Shown here piece by piece: positions 21,325-30,900 of a stretch of DNA of 64,000 nt. This stretch comes from Gammaproteobacteria bacterium (GTDB lineage Bacteria; Pseudomonadota; Gammaproteobacteria; Eutrophobiales; Eutrophobiaceae). A program made the translations under genes and the position numbers. The stretch is from NCBI GenBank assembly GCA_021773245.1, contig JAJFKK010000126.1:6917-70916 (forward strand), in the 5' to 3' direction. The notes under the pieces are model-generated. The model ran no database searches. It was given only the letters and a program-made list of their open reading frames with translations, and had not been told where the DNA came from. Within the stretch, counting starts at the first letter, position 1. Each line of letters opens with the position of its first letter.

Positions 21325-22071
21325 TTATACTCTGAATACATATTCTTTATCAACATCACGCTCAATATCAGGCGGATAGCTTAGTCTTTTATCATCGTAA
21401 TATTGTCTGCGCTGATCGCCTTCAGCTGCTGCATTGTAAGTAACATAGAGTACACGGCGTTTATCATTGCTGAGGTTTGGTTTTGAGCGATGCGGCGCAT
21501 AAGAGTCGAAAAAGACGGCGTCACCAGGTTCGGTGGGTAATGCAACATAGTCTAATCCGTCTTCTTCCAGAGGAGCCCATTGTTCACCTATTAATCCTTC
21601 ATTATTGTAACCATTGGCAACTTCCAAACAGCCATTTTCTATAGTTGATGCATCGACGCTGACTAATGCAGTGATATGTAATTTCGCATAACGATCCCAA
21701 CCTGCTTGTACATCCTGATGGGCTTTGAAGCCATCTGCCCCAGGCATTTTGAAATTGATTTTATCTTTGAATAATACGGCTTCATCATCAAATAGCTGAG
21801 AAGTAATTTGTTGAATTTCGCCTTGCACAAAAAGATCACTAAAACCTTTGTGAAAAGGCTCAACATCTTCAATACGAGAAATTATTCTTTTTCCTGGCTC
21901 TAATTTACTTTGTTCAAAGTACATCATCACGTTACCTGGAACTTCCGGGTAATTTGTTACTTCTTCTGTCCACGCAGTTATATCTTTCATTCTTTCTGCG
22001 TCGTATAAGTTACGAATCACCAGAAAACCTGTAGTTTTAAATTCTTCTATTTGTTCTTTACTTATTTTCAT
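21325..22071 (-). CDS. Phytanoyl-CoA dioxygenase (PhyH) family Fe(II)/2-oxoglutarate oxygenase
   Basis: 248 aa. HxD facial-triad motif in FKAHQDVQ and the distal His in YAPHRSKPN. N-terminal GFLVIRNL is typical of PhyH proteins. Confidence 0.7.
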   Translation of the reverse strand: MKISKEQIEEFKTTGFLVIRNLYDAERMKDITAWTEEVTNYPEVPGNVMMYFEQSKLEPGKRIISRIEDVEPFHKGFSDLFVQGEIQQITSQLFDDEAVLFKDKINFKMPGADGFKAHQDVQAGWDRYAKLHITALVSVDASTIENGCLEVANGYNNEGLIGEQWAPLEEDGLDYVALPTEPGDAVFFDSYAPHRSKPNLSNDKRRVLYVTYNAAAEGDQRRQYYDDKRLSYPPDIERDVDKEYVFRV

Positions 22072-22141
22072 AATTTACAATATTTTAAATGATAATTTAG
22101 TTTCTTATAAACCAGCTGGAAATATTTAACAAGCCGACTAA

Positions 22142-22855
22142 TCAAATATGCAAGAAATTTTCTTTTTTGAAGTCCGGAGCAAGATCGACTAAGGTTTTTA
22201 AAGCTAGTTTGTAACTTTTTGCCAAGATATAAATTTCCCGAATTTGAGCTGGTCTTAAAATGCAGGATAGGACAAATTTTAGTATATTTGGTCTTCCTAA
22301 GTTATTAGTATATTTCACAACAGCTTCTGGAATAGTGGTGTCAGCTTTATCAGCAATCGACCGAATTACTATAAAATCAAGATTATTTTTACTTGCTATT
22401 TTGGCAATAGCAGCACTTTCCATATCAACAGCTACTGCATTTGTTTTTACTGATAAATTATTTTTATCGGATATCGATGAACATACTTCTTTGCTGGAGA
22501 CGATGTTGCCATGATGCACTTTTATTTTTGATTTTTTAACATGTTCTAATAATTTGTTTTTCCAATCAGTTGACGTTTGAAAAGTTTCATTCTGGCTGAT
22601 GACTGAGTCAGCGAAGATTAGATCTCCTGAATTAAGTTTTATATCTAATGCGCCAGCAACACCCCAACTAATAATACTATCTATTTTATATTCCAATAGT
22701 TTTTTAGCAGCATTGCTAGCCGATACATCACCAATGCCGGAAAGACACAAAAAGATATCTTTTTGGATTTCAACAGGTGCGCAAATATTTAAATTTTTAT
22801 TATATAGACAGGCCGCTTCAGCAGGCAAAGCCGCAATAATTCCTAGTTTACTCAA
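22142..22855 (-). CDS. hpnG: Hopanoid-associated phosphorylase/nucleosidase HpnG (adenosylhopane nucleosidase)
   Basis: PNP/UDP-1 fold motifs (GIIAALPAEA, SWGVAGAL, AVDMESAAIA). TTG start overlapping the shc stop (TTGA). Confidence 0.75.
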   Translation of the reverse strand: MSKLGIIAALPAEAACLYNKNLNICAPVEIQKDIFLCLSGIGDVSASNAAKKLLEYKIDSIISWGVAGALDIKLNSGDLIFADSVISQNETFQTSTDWKNKLLEHVKKSKIKVHHGNIVSSKEVCSSISDKNNLSVKTNAVAVDMESAAIAKIASKNNLDFIVIRSIADKADTTIPEAVVKYTNNLGRPNILKFVLSCILRPAQIREIYILAKSYKLALKTLVDLAPDFKKENFLHI

Positions 22856-24798
22856 ACCTTAACTTTCAACAGGTTTCTATAACGAGCCATGGCCCAAAGT
22901 GGAAAGTATTTTGTATAACCGTGATATTTTAAATAGAACACGCGAGGAAAACCTGGGGCGGTATAACTATCATTATACCAATGACCATCGCTAGCTTGAT
23001 TAGATATTAAAAAGTTAACACCTTTTTTAACCATTTCTGTATCAGCTTCGCCAACAGCTAATAAAGAGAGTAATGCCCAAGCTGTTTGATAAGCAGTACT
23101 TTCAAAGGGACGACGATGTTTAGGTGGATAATAACTATCATTACTTTCTCCCCAACCACCATCTTCATTTTGCATATCCTGTAAATATGTAACCGCTTTT
23201 CTTATGTAGTCTTGCTGTGGATCTTCTTCGGCAAGTTCTAATGCGGTAAGCACTGACCATGTACCATAGATATAGTTAGTGCCCCAGCGGCCAAACCATG
23301 AACCATCTTCTTCTTGATCTGATTTTAAGAAGTTAATTGCATCTTTAATAACAGAAGAATATTTCTCTTTATCAGCAAGGCTTAATAAGGCAATAACACG
23401 TCCTGTCACATCGGCTGTAGGTGGGTCTAATAGGGCACCATGATCGGCAAAAGGAATTGCGTTTAAATAATACTGTGTATTGTTAACTTCAAATGATCCA
23501 AATCCGCCACCATTTGATCGCATACCGGCTACCCATTTAGCCGCACGTTGAATAGGTTCTGAGTATTTTTCTTTGCCAGTACGGTGCATTGCCCAGGCAA
23601 CCATAGAGGTATCATCGAGATCGGGATAATAATAATTACTGTATTGAAATGCCCAGCCACCGCCTTCAAGTTTCGGTCTAGGTATGCGCCAATCACCGGG
23701 TTCATCTCTAAGCTGTCTTTCTTTAAGCCAATCAAGTGAATGTTCTATTTCAGAACTAGTACTTTCTGTGTCTGATTCAATCAAAGATTGTGCTGCAAGG
23801 CAGGTGTCCCAGACAGGTGATACACACGGTTGGCAATACATTGTATTACCACGTTTAGTTAATAATGAATCAATCGCTTGTCGTGCTAATTTTCGTTCAG
23901 GGCTGTCTTTAGCGTAGCCAAGAATAACTAATGATTCGAATGCATTAACCATGGCAGGGAAAATACCACCGATACCATATTCTTCATTCATTCGATCTAG
24001 GAACCATTGTTCGCATTTACGAATGGAATACCGACGTACAAATTTAGGTACAATTTTTTCAGCGAAACGACCTAAATGATCGAGTATAAGAAACGCTCTG
24101 GTGAGAGCTGTGGTCACTTTGAAATAATGTTGTTCATCTTCTGGCGGAGTTATAAAAAGTTCTCTTATGTCTATGCCGCGTGGGTTAGCTGCTTTAGGTT
24201 TCATTGTGCATAGAATAAATAACGGCACCATAACGGTCCGTGACCAATAAGATACTTTATCAATATGAAATGGAAACCATTTCGGAAGAATTATAACTTC
24301 AGCCGGAATAAAAGGCGTCGCTCGCCAAGGTACTTGTTCAAACAGCGCCATTAATATACGTGTAAATACATTACTACGTGCAGCACCACCATGATTCAAA
24401 ATCATGTTTCTTGCGCGAACCATGTGTTCTTCGTGTGGAGCGTCACCAACAATTTTTAAAGCATAGTAACTCTTAACAGCACAACTGATATCAAAATCGC
24501 CCCCAGTATAAAGAGACCATCCGCCATCTTCATTTTGTTGATCACGTAGATATTGAGCAATCTTTAATTCAGTTTCATCATCGATCTCATCGACGAAATG
24601 ATTCATTAATATATATTCAGCAGGAATGGTGCAGTCAGCTTCAAGTTCGTACACCCAATGACCATCATCATGTTGTTGCTCAAGCAATTTATTTTTTGCA
24701 GCTTGAATAGCGTCATCTAAATCAGCTACAGTTTTTTTCGAGTGAGACTCTCCAAGTGTTTGGCTGGAAGAATTTTCGTTGTTACTCACGAGAGTCAT
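22852..24798 (-). CDS. shc: Squalene-hopene cyclase
   Basis: 648 aa. Catalytic DxDDT motif (YPDLDDTSMVAWAM). Multiple QW repeats (QNEDGGWS, QEEDGSWFGRWG, QNEDGGWGES, QASDGHW). Confidence 0.95.
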   Translation of the reverse strand: MTLVSNNENSSSQTLGESHSKKTVADLDDAIQAAKNKLLEQQHDDGHWVYELEADCTIPAEYILMNHFVDEIDDETELKIAQYLRDQQNEDGGWSLYTGGDFDISCAVKSYYALKIVGDAPHEEHMVRARNMILNHGGAARSNVFTRILMALFEQVPWRATPFIPAEVIILPKWFPFHIDKVSYWSRTVMVPLFILCTMKPKAANPRGIDIRELFITPPEDEQHYFKVTTALTRAFLILDHLGRFAEKIVPKFVRRYSIRKCEQWFLDRMNEEYGIGGIFPAMVNAFESLVILGYAKDSPERKLARQAIDSLLTKRGNTMYCQPCVSPVWDTCLAAQSLIESDTESTSSEIEHSLDWLKERQLRDEPGDWRIPRPKLEGGGWAFQYSNYYYPDLDDTSMVAWAMHRTGKEKYSEPIQRAAKWVAGMRSNGGGFGSFEVNNTQYYLNAIPFADHGALLDPPTADVTGRVIALLSLADKEKYSSVIKDAINFLKSDQEEDGSWFGRWGTNYIYGTWSVLTALELAEEDPQQDYIRKAVTYLQDMQNEDGGWGESNDSYYPPKHRRPFESTAYQTAWALLSLLAVGEADTEMVKKGVNFLISNQASDGHWYNDSYTAPGFPRVFYLKYHGYTKYFPLWAMARYRNLLKVKV

Positions 24799-24917
24799 TA
24801 TTAATTATTTTGATTATGTTGTTAGATTTAGTATAGACAGTGCTATTGTTATGACTATGGCAAAGACCGTATTTTCCTTTTTACGATACGAGATATGTAC
24901 GTATCTTACTGATTTTA

Positions 24918-25973
24918 TCAAAGTTTCTCATGAATATTTGCCATAGGCAAACGACGTCCGCTGAATTGAAATAAATACTCTAGTATTTTGTTTTGACCGA
25001 CAAAAAGGCTGGTTAATAGGATGGTGGCTTTTACGCTACGGCGACTGATTTTGACTTCCTGCCCTAATGTAAAATCGGGTTTCTGTCTTATTTTTTCCAA
25101 TGTTAATACCGCCATTCCTAATGCCCATAAGCAAAATTTTCGTAATCCTTTCTCTTTTTCAGGAATCATCAAGGTGTAGCGCAAAGCGTTGTAAACATGA
25201 GCATGAGCAACACCGAGTAATTCAATCAAAGCGTCATTAAAACCTTGTGGCATTTCTCCAGGTGTTTTATGTCGAATATCAACTCCATGCTTTTCAAAAA
25301 TATCACGAGGTAACCAACAGGCACCACGATCATGATCTTCCCAGATATCTTTTAGAATGTTGGTCATTTGAAGTCCTTGACCAAATGACACACCGAGTTC
25401 CATCATTTCATCGCGCTGTGCATCGATTTCAGGAGAATGGTCACAAAATAGTTCGGTCAACATTTCACCAACAACACCAGCGACATAATAACAATATTGG
25501 TCCATATCTTTCTGATCGGCAACGCCATCAAGGGTTTCAGCATCCTGATAGAGCACCATGCCATCAGCCATAATTTTTACACAGCGCTCTAAAGCAGCAC
25601 GCTGTCGTTGATTAAAGCTATGTGTAATTCGAATTACCGGCGCCGTATTGGCAATCAAGTCATGTTCTGCTTCAGTCGCAGTAGCTGATAACAATGGAAA
25701 GAGTGCTACTGCAAATGAACCTGAATCTTTATTTCCCTGAACAACCTCAATAAAACGTTCTGCATATTCTTTCTTCGATTCAGCAGACATGCTCTTATCA
25801 TCTTCAATCGTGTCGGCAATTCGACATAAAAGGTAGGCATTTCCGACTACTGTGCAAAGTGGTTCTGGTAATTGTGGAATAGTTAACGCAAAGGTTCTCG
25901 AAACGTGCTGCAATATTTCATTTTGATATGCAATATCATCGAGTGGGGTTAAAAATTCGTCTCTGGATTTCAT
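24918..25973 (-). CDS. sqs: Squalene synthase (single-enzyme, farnesyl-diphosphate farnesyltransferase type)
   Basis: Motifs YLLCRIADTIEDD, YCYYVAGVVGEMLTELF and GLQMTNILKDIWED parallel the eukaryote-type SQS motifs (DTxED, YCxYVAG, NIxxDxxED). 351 aa is longer than HpnC/HpnD. Confidence 0.8.
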   Translation of the reverse strand: MKSRDEFLTPLDDIAYQNEILQHVSRTFALTIPQLPEPLCTVVGNAYLLCRIADTIEDDKSMSAESKKEYAERFIEVVQGNKDSGSFAVALFPLLSATATEAEHDLIANTAPVIRITHSFNQRQRAALERCVKIMADGMVLYQDAETLDGVADQKDMDQYCYYVAGVVGEMLTELFCDHSPEIDAQRDEMMELGVSFGQGLQMTNILKDIWEDHDRGACWLPRDIFEKHGVDIRHKTPGEMPQGFNDALIELLGVAHAHVYNALRYTLMIPEKEKGLRKFCLWALGMAVLTLEKIRQKPDFTLGQEVKISRRSVKATILLTSLFVGQNKILEYLFQFSGRRLPMANIHEKL

Positions 25974-26081
25974 TTACAATGATTATCTCTTTTAAAAACA
26001 ATAGGATATAACAAACTATCGTTTCATATTATTATGTGTAAGTTAAAAATAGTCAGTTTACTCGTTATTTTGAACCAAATT

Positions 26082-26127
26082 TACAAAACCATAACCGTTT
26101 TCAGCGATGATGCTACAAGGTTTTGTA
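26082..26127. promoter_or_regulatory. 9-bp perfect inverted repeat in the sqs / pfaD divergent intergenic region
   Basis: TACAAAACC (26082-26090) and GGTTTTGTA (26119-26127), separated by 28 nt, inside the 288-bp region that must hold both divergent promoters. Confidence 0.3.
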
Positions 26128-26261
26128 TGAAAATAATGATATTATTCAATAATTAGGCTCGTTTAGGACGCGCACATTACAATTAGAACAGATGGATGTA
26201 AATAAATAAGCATCGTCCTTTCCGACATAACATATCAGAAGGCATTATTGATTAAATTACA

Positions 26262-27938
26262 GTGAGCTCTATTCCAGAAATTATTAATTCGTCTCGCTCG
26301 ACGAAAACAGAAGGTCATTCTCAAAATGTATGGCTGTCAGATAGTCGAGCTCAGTTATCTGAATTAGAAAAATTGCCACAACAGCTATGCCGGTTAAATG
26401 TTCCTTTTAGTATTGTTGAAAATAAATCTGAAAAAGCAATTGCCTTGGGTGGTTCAATTCAGATTGATGATGTTCAGGGAGATATAAACCAATATAGCTT
26501 ACTCGGATTTTCACCTGCTCAAACTATTAAAGCCTTAGGTGATCAAAGTTTTTGTCACGATTATCACGTTGATTATCCCTATATGGCAGGCTCAATGGCA
26601 AACGGTATTGCCTCTGTTGAATTAGTTGAGGCATTAGCAACGAAAGGCATGCTTGCATCTTTCGGTGCAGCTGGATTGTCATTGAATGAAATAGAAACGG
26701 CGATCAAAAGATTACAAACATCATTAGGCAATAAAACGCATTGTTATAACCTCATTTATAGTCCAAATGAAATAGGACATGAAGATGCGGTTGTTGATCT
26801 TTATTTAAAATACGCTGTGTCATTAATTGAAACATCGGCTTATATGAAGCTAACGTTGCCCGTTGTACGTTATCGAGTTTCAGGGATTTATAAAGATAAT
26901 CAGGGCAACATTGTTGTTCCCAATAAAATTATAGCCAAAGCATCACGAGTTGAACTTGCCAGCAAATGGTTTAGCCCACCACCGGAAAAATTGTTAAATC
27001 AGTTATTAGAGCAGGGTGCGATAACAAAAGAAGAGGCTGACTTAGCTAAACGTATTCCAATGGCACAAGACTTAACAGTCGAAGCAGACTCAGGTGGACA
27101 TACTGATAATCGTCCAGCGATTACCTTATTACCCACAATGATATCGCTGCGTGATCAATATCAAGAAAAGTATAATTATGAAAATTCACTGCGTGTTGGT
27201 GCTGCTGGTGGTATAGCAACGCCTGCATCAGCATTAGGCGCGTTTGCTATGGGTGCTGCTTATATTGTTACCGGTACTGTTAATCAAGCGTGTAAAGAAT
27301 CAGGTTCGTCTGACATTGTAAGAGAGATGTTGGCTAATGCAGAACAAGCCGATGTCACTATGGCACCAGCGGTCGATATGTTTGAAATGGGTGTGAAGTT
27401 ACAAGTGTTAAAACGCGGCACTATGTTTGCGATGCGTGGCAATAAACTTTATGACATTTATAAAAAATACGGATCAATAGATGAAATCCCTGAAATAGAA
27501 AAAGGGAATTTAGAAAAAACGATTTTTAAAATGTCTTTAACCGAAGTTTGGCAAAAGACGGAAGAATTTTTTAATGATCGTGATCCGCGTCAAGTTGAAA
27601 AAGCGGCTAAAGATCCTAAACATAGGATGGCTTTAATCTTCCGTTGGTATTTAGGTTTGTCTTCACGCTGGGCTAATGCCGGTGTAGAAGATCGTCAAGT
27701 TGACTATCAAGTTTGGTGTGGACCAGCGATGGGTGCATTTAATGAATGGACACGTGATACGTTTCTTTCTGAAACCAATAATAGAGATGCGGTAAGTGTC
27801 GCTATGAATATTTTGTTTGGTGCTGCTATTTTATATCGAATAAATGTTTTACTTAAACAAGGTGTAGAGCTGCCGGTTGCGTTAACGCAATTTAAACCTA
27901 TGACACACGAAACAATAAAGAATTATTTATCTGAGTAA
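26262..27938 (+). CDS. pfaD: PfaD-type trans-acting enoyl reductase (nitronate monooxygenase fold)
   Basis: 558 aa. The motifs YPYMAGSMANGIAS, EADSGGHTDNRP and GAAGGIATP are as I recall them from PfaD/PksE-type ER. Immediately precedes pfaA (3-nt gap). GTG start. Confidence 0.85.
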   Translation: MSSIPEIINSSRSTKTEGHSQNVWLSDSRAQLSELEKLPQQLCRLNVPFSIVENKSEKAIALGGSIQIDDVQGDINQYSLLGFSPAQTIKALGDQSFCHDYHVDYPYMAGSMANGIASVELVEALATKGMLASFGAAGLSLNEIETAIKRLQTSLGNKTHCYNLIYSPNEIGHEDAVVDLYLKYAVSLIETSAYMKLTLPVVRYRVSGIYKDNQGNIVVPNKIIAKASRVELASKWFSPPPEKLLNQLLEQGAITKEEADLAKRIPMAQDLTVEADSGGHTDNRPAITLLPTMISLRDQYQEKYNYENSLRVGAAGGIATPASALGAFAMGAAYIVTGTVNQACKESGSSDIVREMLANAEQADVTMAPAVDMFEMGVKLQVLKRGTMFAMRGNKLYDIYKKYGSIDEIPEIEKGNLEKTIFKMSLTEVWQKTEEFFNDRDPRQVEKAAKDPKHRMALIFRWYLGLSSRWANAGVEDRQVDYQVWCGPAMGAFNEWTRDTFLSETNNRDAVSVAMNILFGAAILYRINVLLKQGVELPVALTQFKPMTHETIKNYLSE

Positions 27939-27941
27939 GTT

Positions 27942-30900
27942 ATGTCAAAGAAAAAAAATAAAAATCAAATGCAACCTCTGGCTATAGTCGGTATCGGTTG
28001 TTTATTTCCCAAAGCGGATAACCCTCAAGAGTATTGGACCAATATTCGTGAAGGCGTTGATGCGATAACGGATATTCCTGAGTCGCATTGGAAACCGCAA
28101 GATTATTTTGATGCAGATAAAACTGCGCCAGACATGACTTATGCAAAACGTGGTGGTTTTATTAATGCGCAGGATTTTAATCCATTGTTATATGGACTAA
28201 GTCCAAACAATATTGAAGCAACCGATACCACACAATTGTTAGGTATGGTGGCAACACGTCAGGCGTTAATAGATGCAAATTATTCAACGGCTAAAGATGC
28301 GGGTGATGGGCGTGAATTTGATCGCGATCGCACCAGCGTCATTATGGGTGTGACAGGCACATTGGAGTTAGTTATTCCTCTTGGCGCAAGACTGGGACAT
28401 CCCATCTGGCGCAAAGCATTAGCTGATGCTGGAATAGATCCGGAAACAACAGAAGATGTTGTACAACGTATTGCTGATGGTTATGTGCCTTGGCAAGAAA
28501 ATTCATTTCCCGGATTGTTAGGTAACGTTGCTGCCGGTCGTATTGCTAATCGTTTTGATTTTGGTGGAACTAACTGTGTCGTAGATGCGGCTTGCGCAAG
28601 TTCGTTAAGCGCATTACATCTTGCGGCAATGGAACTTGATTCTGGTAGAGTCGACATGGCTATTACCGGTGGTGTTGATACCTTCAACGATATTTTCATG
28701 TATATGTGTTTTAGTAAAACACCGGCTTTATCACCAACGGGTAATAGTCGTCCGTTTGCGAAAGAAGGTGATGGCACTATTCTTGGTGAAGGTATTGGCA
28801 GCGTAATATTAAAACGACTTGATGATGCAAAACGAGACAACGATAAAATTTATGCGGTGTTACGCGGCATTGGATCGTCATCTGATGGACGAGGTAATGC
28901 AATCTATGCTCCGAGCGCAGCCGGACAAACCAAAGCGTTATGGAATGCCTATCGTGAAGCAGATGTGTCGCCAAGAAGCATTGAACTAGTTGAAGCACAT
29001 GGTACTGGCACCTCAGTAGGTGATGCCGTTGAAGCAACAGCATTATCTGGTGTTTATGCTCAAGACAATGAAGATGAAACATGGTGTGCGATTGGATCAG
29101 TCAAATCCATGATTGGACATACAAAGGCAGCAGCCGGTGTTGCTGGTCTTATTAAAACAGCGATGGCTTTAAAATATAAAGTCTTGCCACCAAGCATTAA
29201 AGTGGATGAACCATTAGAGATGATTAATCCGGGAACATCTCCTGTTTATTTGAATACGGTTAAACGTCCGTGGTTAAAAACACAAGCAACACCACGTCGT
29301 GCGGGTTTAAGCTCCTTCGGTTTTGGTGGCAGTAATTTTCATTGTGTGCTTGAAGAAGCCGAAGAAACGAAAACAGATATCGAATGGGATGGCCATGCTT
29401 TAATTATTGCTTTAAACGCAGATTCAAAAGAAGAATTAATAAAACAATTGCCTGACTCTTCAATTCTTGTTTCATGGAATGAACTAAGGTTCTTTGCTTA
29501 TGACTCATGTCAAAGTTTCAAGAGCGATGCAGCACATCGTTTAACGATAGTCATTGAAAAAAGTAATCCTGATGTTACAAAACACATTACTGATATTAAA
29601 TCGCAATTAAGCTCTTCTTCTGAATCATCTTGGCAAAGACCGGATGGTGTAACTTATAGTTCTGAAGAGAGCAATGACAATGTTGCATTTGTTTTCCCTG
29701 GTCAAGGATCGCAATACACAGGCATGTGTCGTGATCTGGCTTGTCAGTTTCCTCAGTTTTTAAATGTATTGGAACAAGCAAACAATATTTTTATAGAAGC
29801 AACAGGGAAAGAAAGCCTAGGAAAAGAAAGCTTGGGCGATGTGCTTTATCCCATTCCTGTTTTTTCTAAAGCTGATCAAAAACAACAGGAAGAAAATTTA
29901 CGACAAACACAAAATGCACAGCCTGCCATCGGTGCGGTGAGCCTTGGTGTATTAAACGTATTAAATCATTTCTCGGTAAAACCAAAAGCAGCAATTGGTC
30001 ATAGTTACGGCGAATTAACTGCACTGTCTGCAGCAGGTTTGTATGACGCTGAAACATGTCATCGCTTATCCCGAATTCGTGGCGAATTAATGGCCGCAGG
30101 TGAAGGTGATCGTGGTTCTATGTTGGCGGTTGTAGCATCTTATGAACAAGTAGAATCATTATTAAAAGAAAACAATATAGAATTGGTTATTGCCAACCAC
30201 AATTCGCCAACTCAGGTTGTTTTATCAGGTGCCACTGATCAAATAGATGCTTTTGCAAAGGTCGCTAAAGCTGAAAAAATACGGGCAATTAAATTACCTG
30301 TTGCTGCTGCATTTCATAGTTCCTTTGTTGCTGACGCTGCAAAACCTTTCGCTGCAGCAATGGCTCCATTTGAGTTTGATAAAAATACTTATCAAGTATT
30401 ATCAAATACAACAACAGATGCTTATCCTGAAGATACGGATGCAGCGAAACAATTATTAGCGAATCAATTAGCTTCACCAGTGCGTTTTGTTGAACAAGTA
30501 GAAAAACTTTATGCAGAAGGTATTACGACTTTTGTTGAAGTTGGTCCGGGTAAAACATTAACCGGATTAATTAATTCAATTCTTGCAGGCAAGGCAGTTA
30601 TAACAGTTGCAATTGATGCCTCAGTTGGTAAGAAGGAAGGTCAATATGATCTAGCTCTGGTATTAGCGACATTAGCGGCACATGGACAACAAGTTGAACT
30701 TAGTAAATGGGATGGCGCTTGTTCAGAAATGGAAAGACCAGCAAAAGACGCAAAGCCAGCAATGACGATAGCGATAAGTGGTGCGAATTACATGATGCCA
30801 CGTGAACCACGTCCACCAAGACAACCTAAACAAGTAACGAATACCATGACGGATGATGTAAAAACTAATGTTTCTAATAAGAAAACTGAACTAGTAACAA

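Noticed and set aside
21313-21338. About 24-nt near-identical string (AAGTATAT..TTTATACTCTGAAT) shared with 58583-58607, both ending in an F-R-V-stop reading on the minus strand
   Set aside because: The exact core is only 14 nt. Matches of that length are expected by chance many times in 64 kb of AT-rich sequence on two strands. No extended similarity flanks it.
29805-29837. In-frame 15-bp imperfect direct duplication (GKESL GKESL) in the pfaA AT region
   Set aside because: It is a small slippage-type duplication in a linker-like stretch. It does not disturb the frame or any motif. I noted it only as a possible strain-variable site.
28481-30477. Several 60-120-aa ORFs on both strands inside pfaA, with similar ones inside pfaC and oleA
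   Set aside because: All are embedded in a continuous 2250-aa frame with ordered KS/AT/ACP/KR/DH motifs. None has an independent signal.
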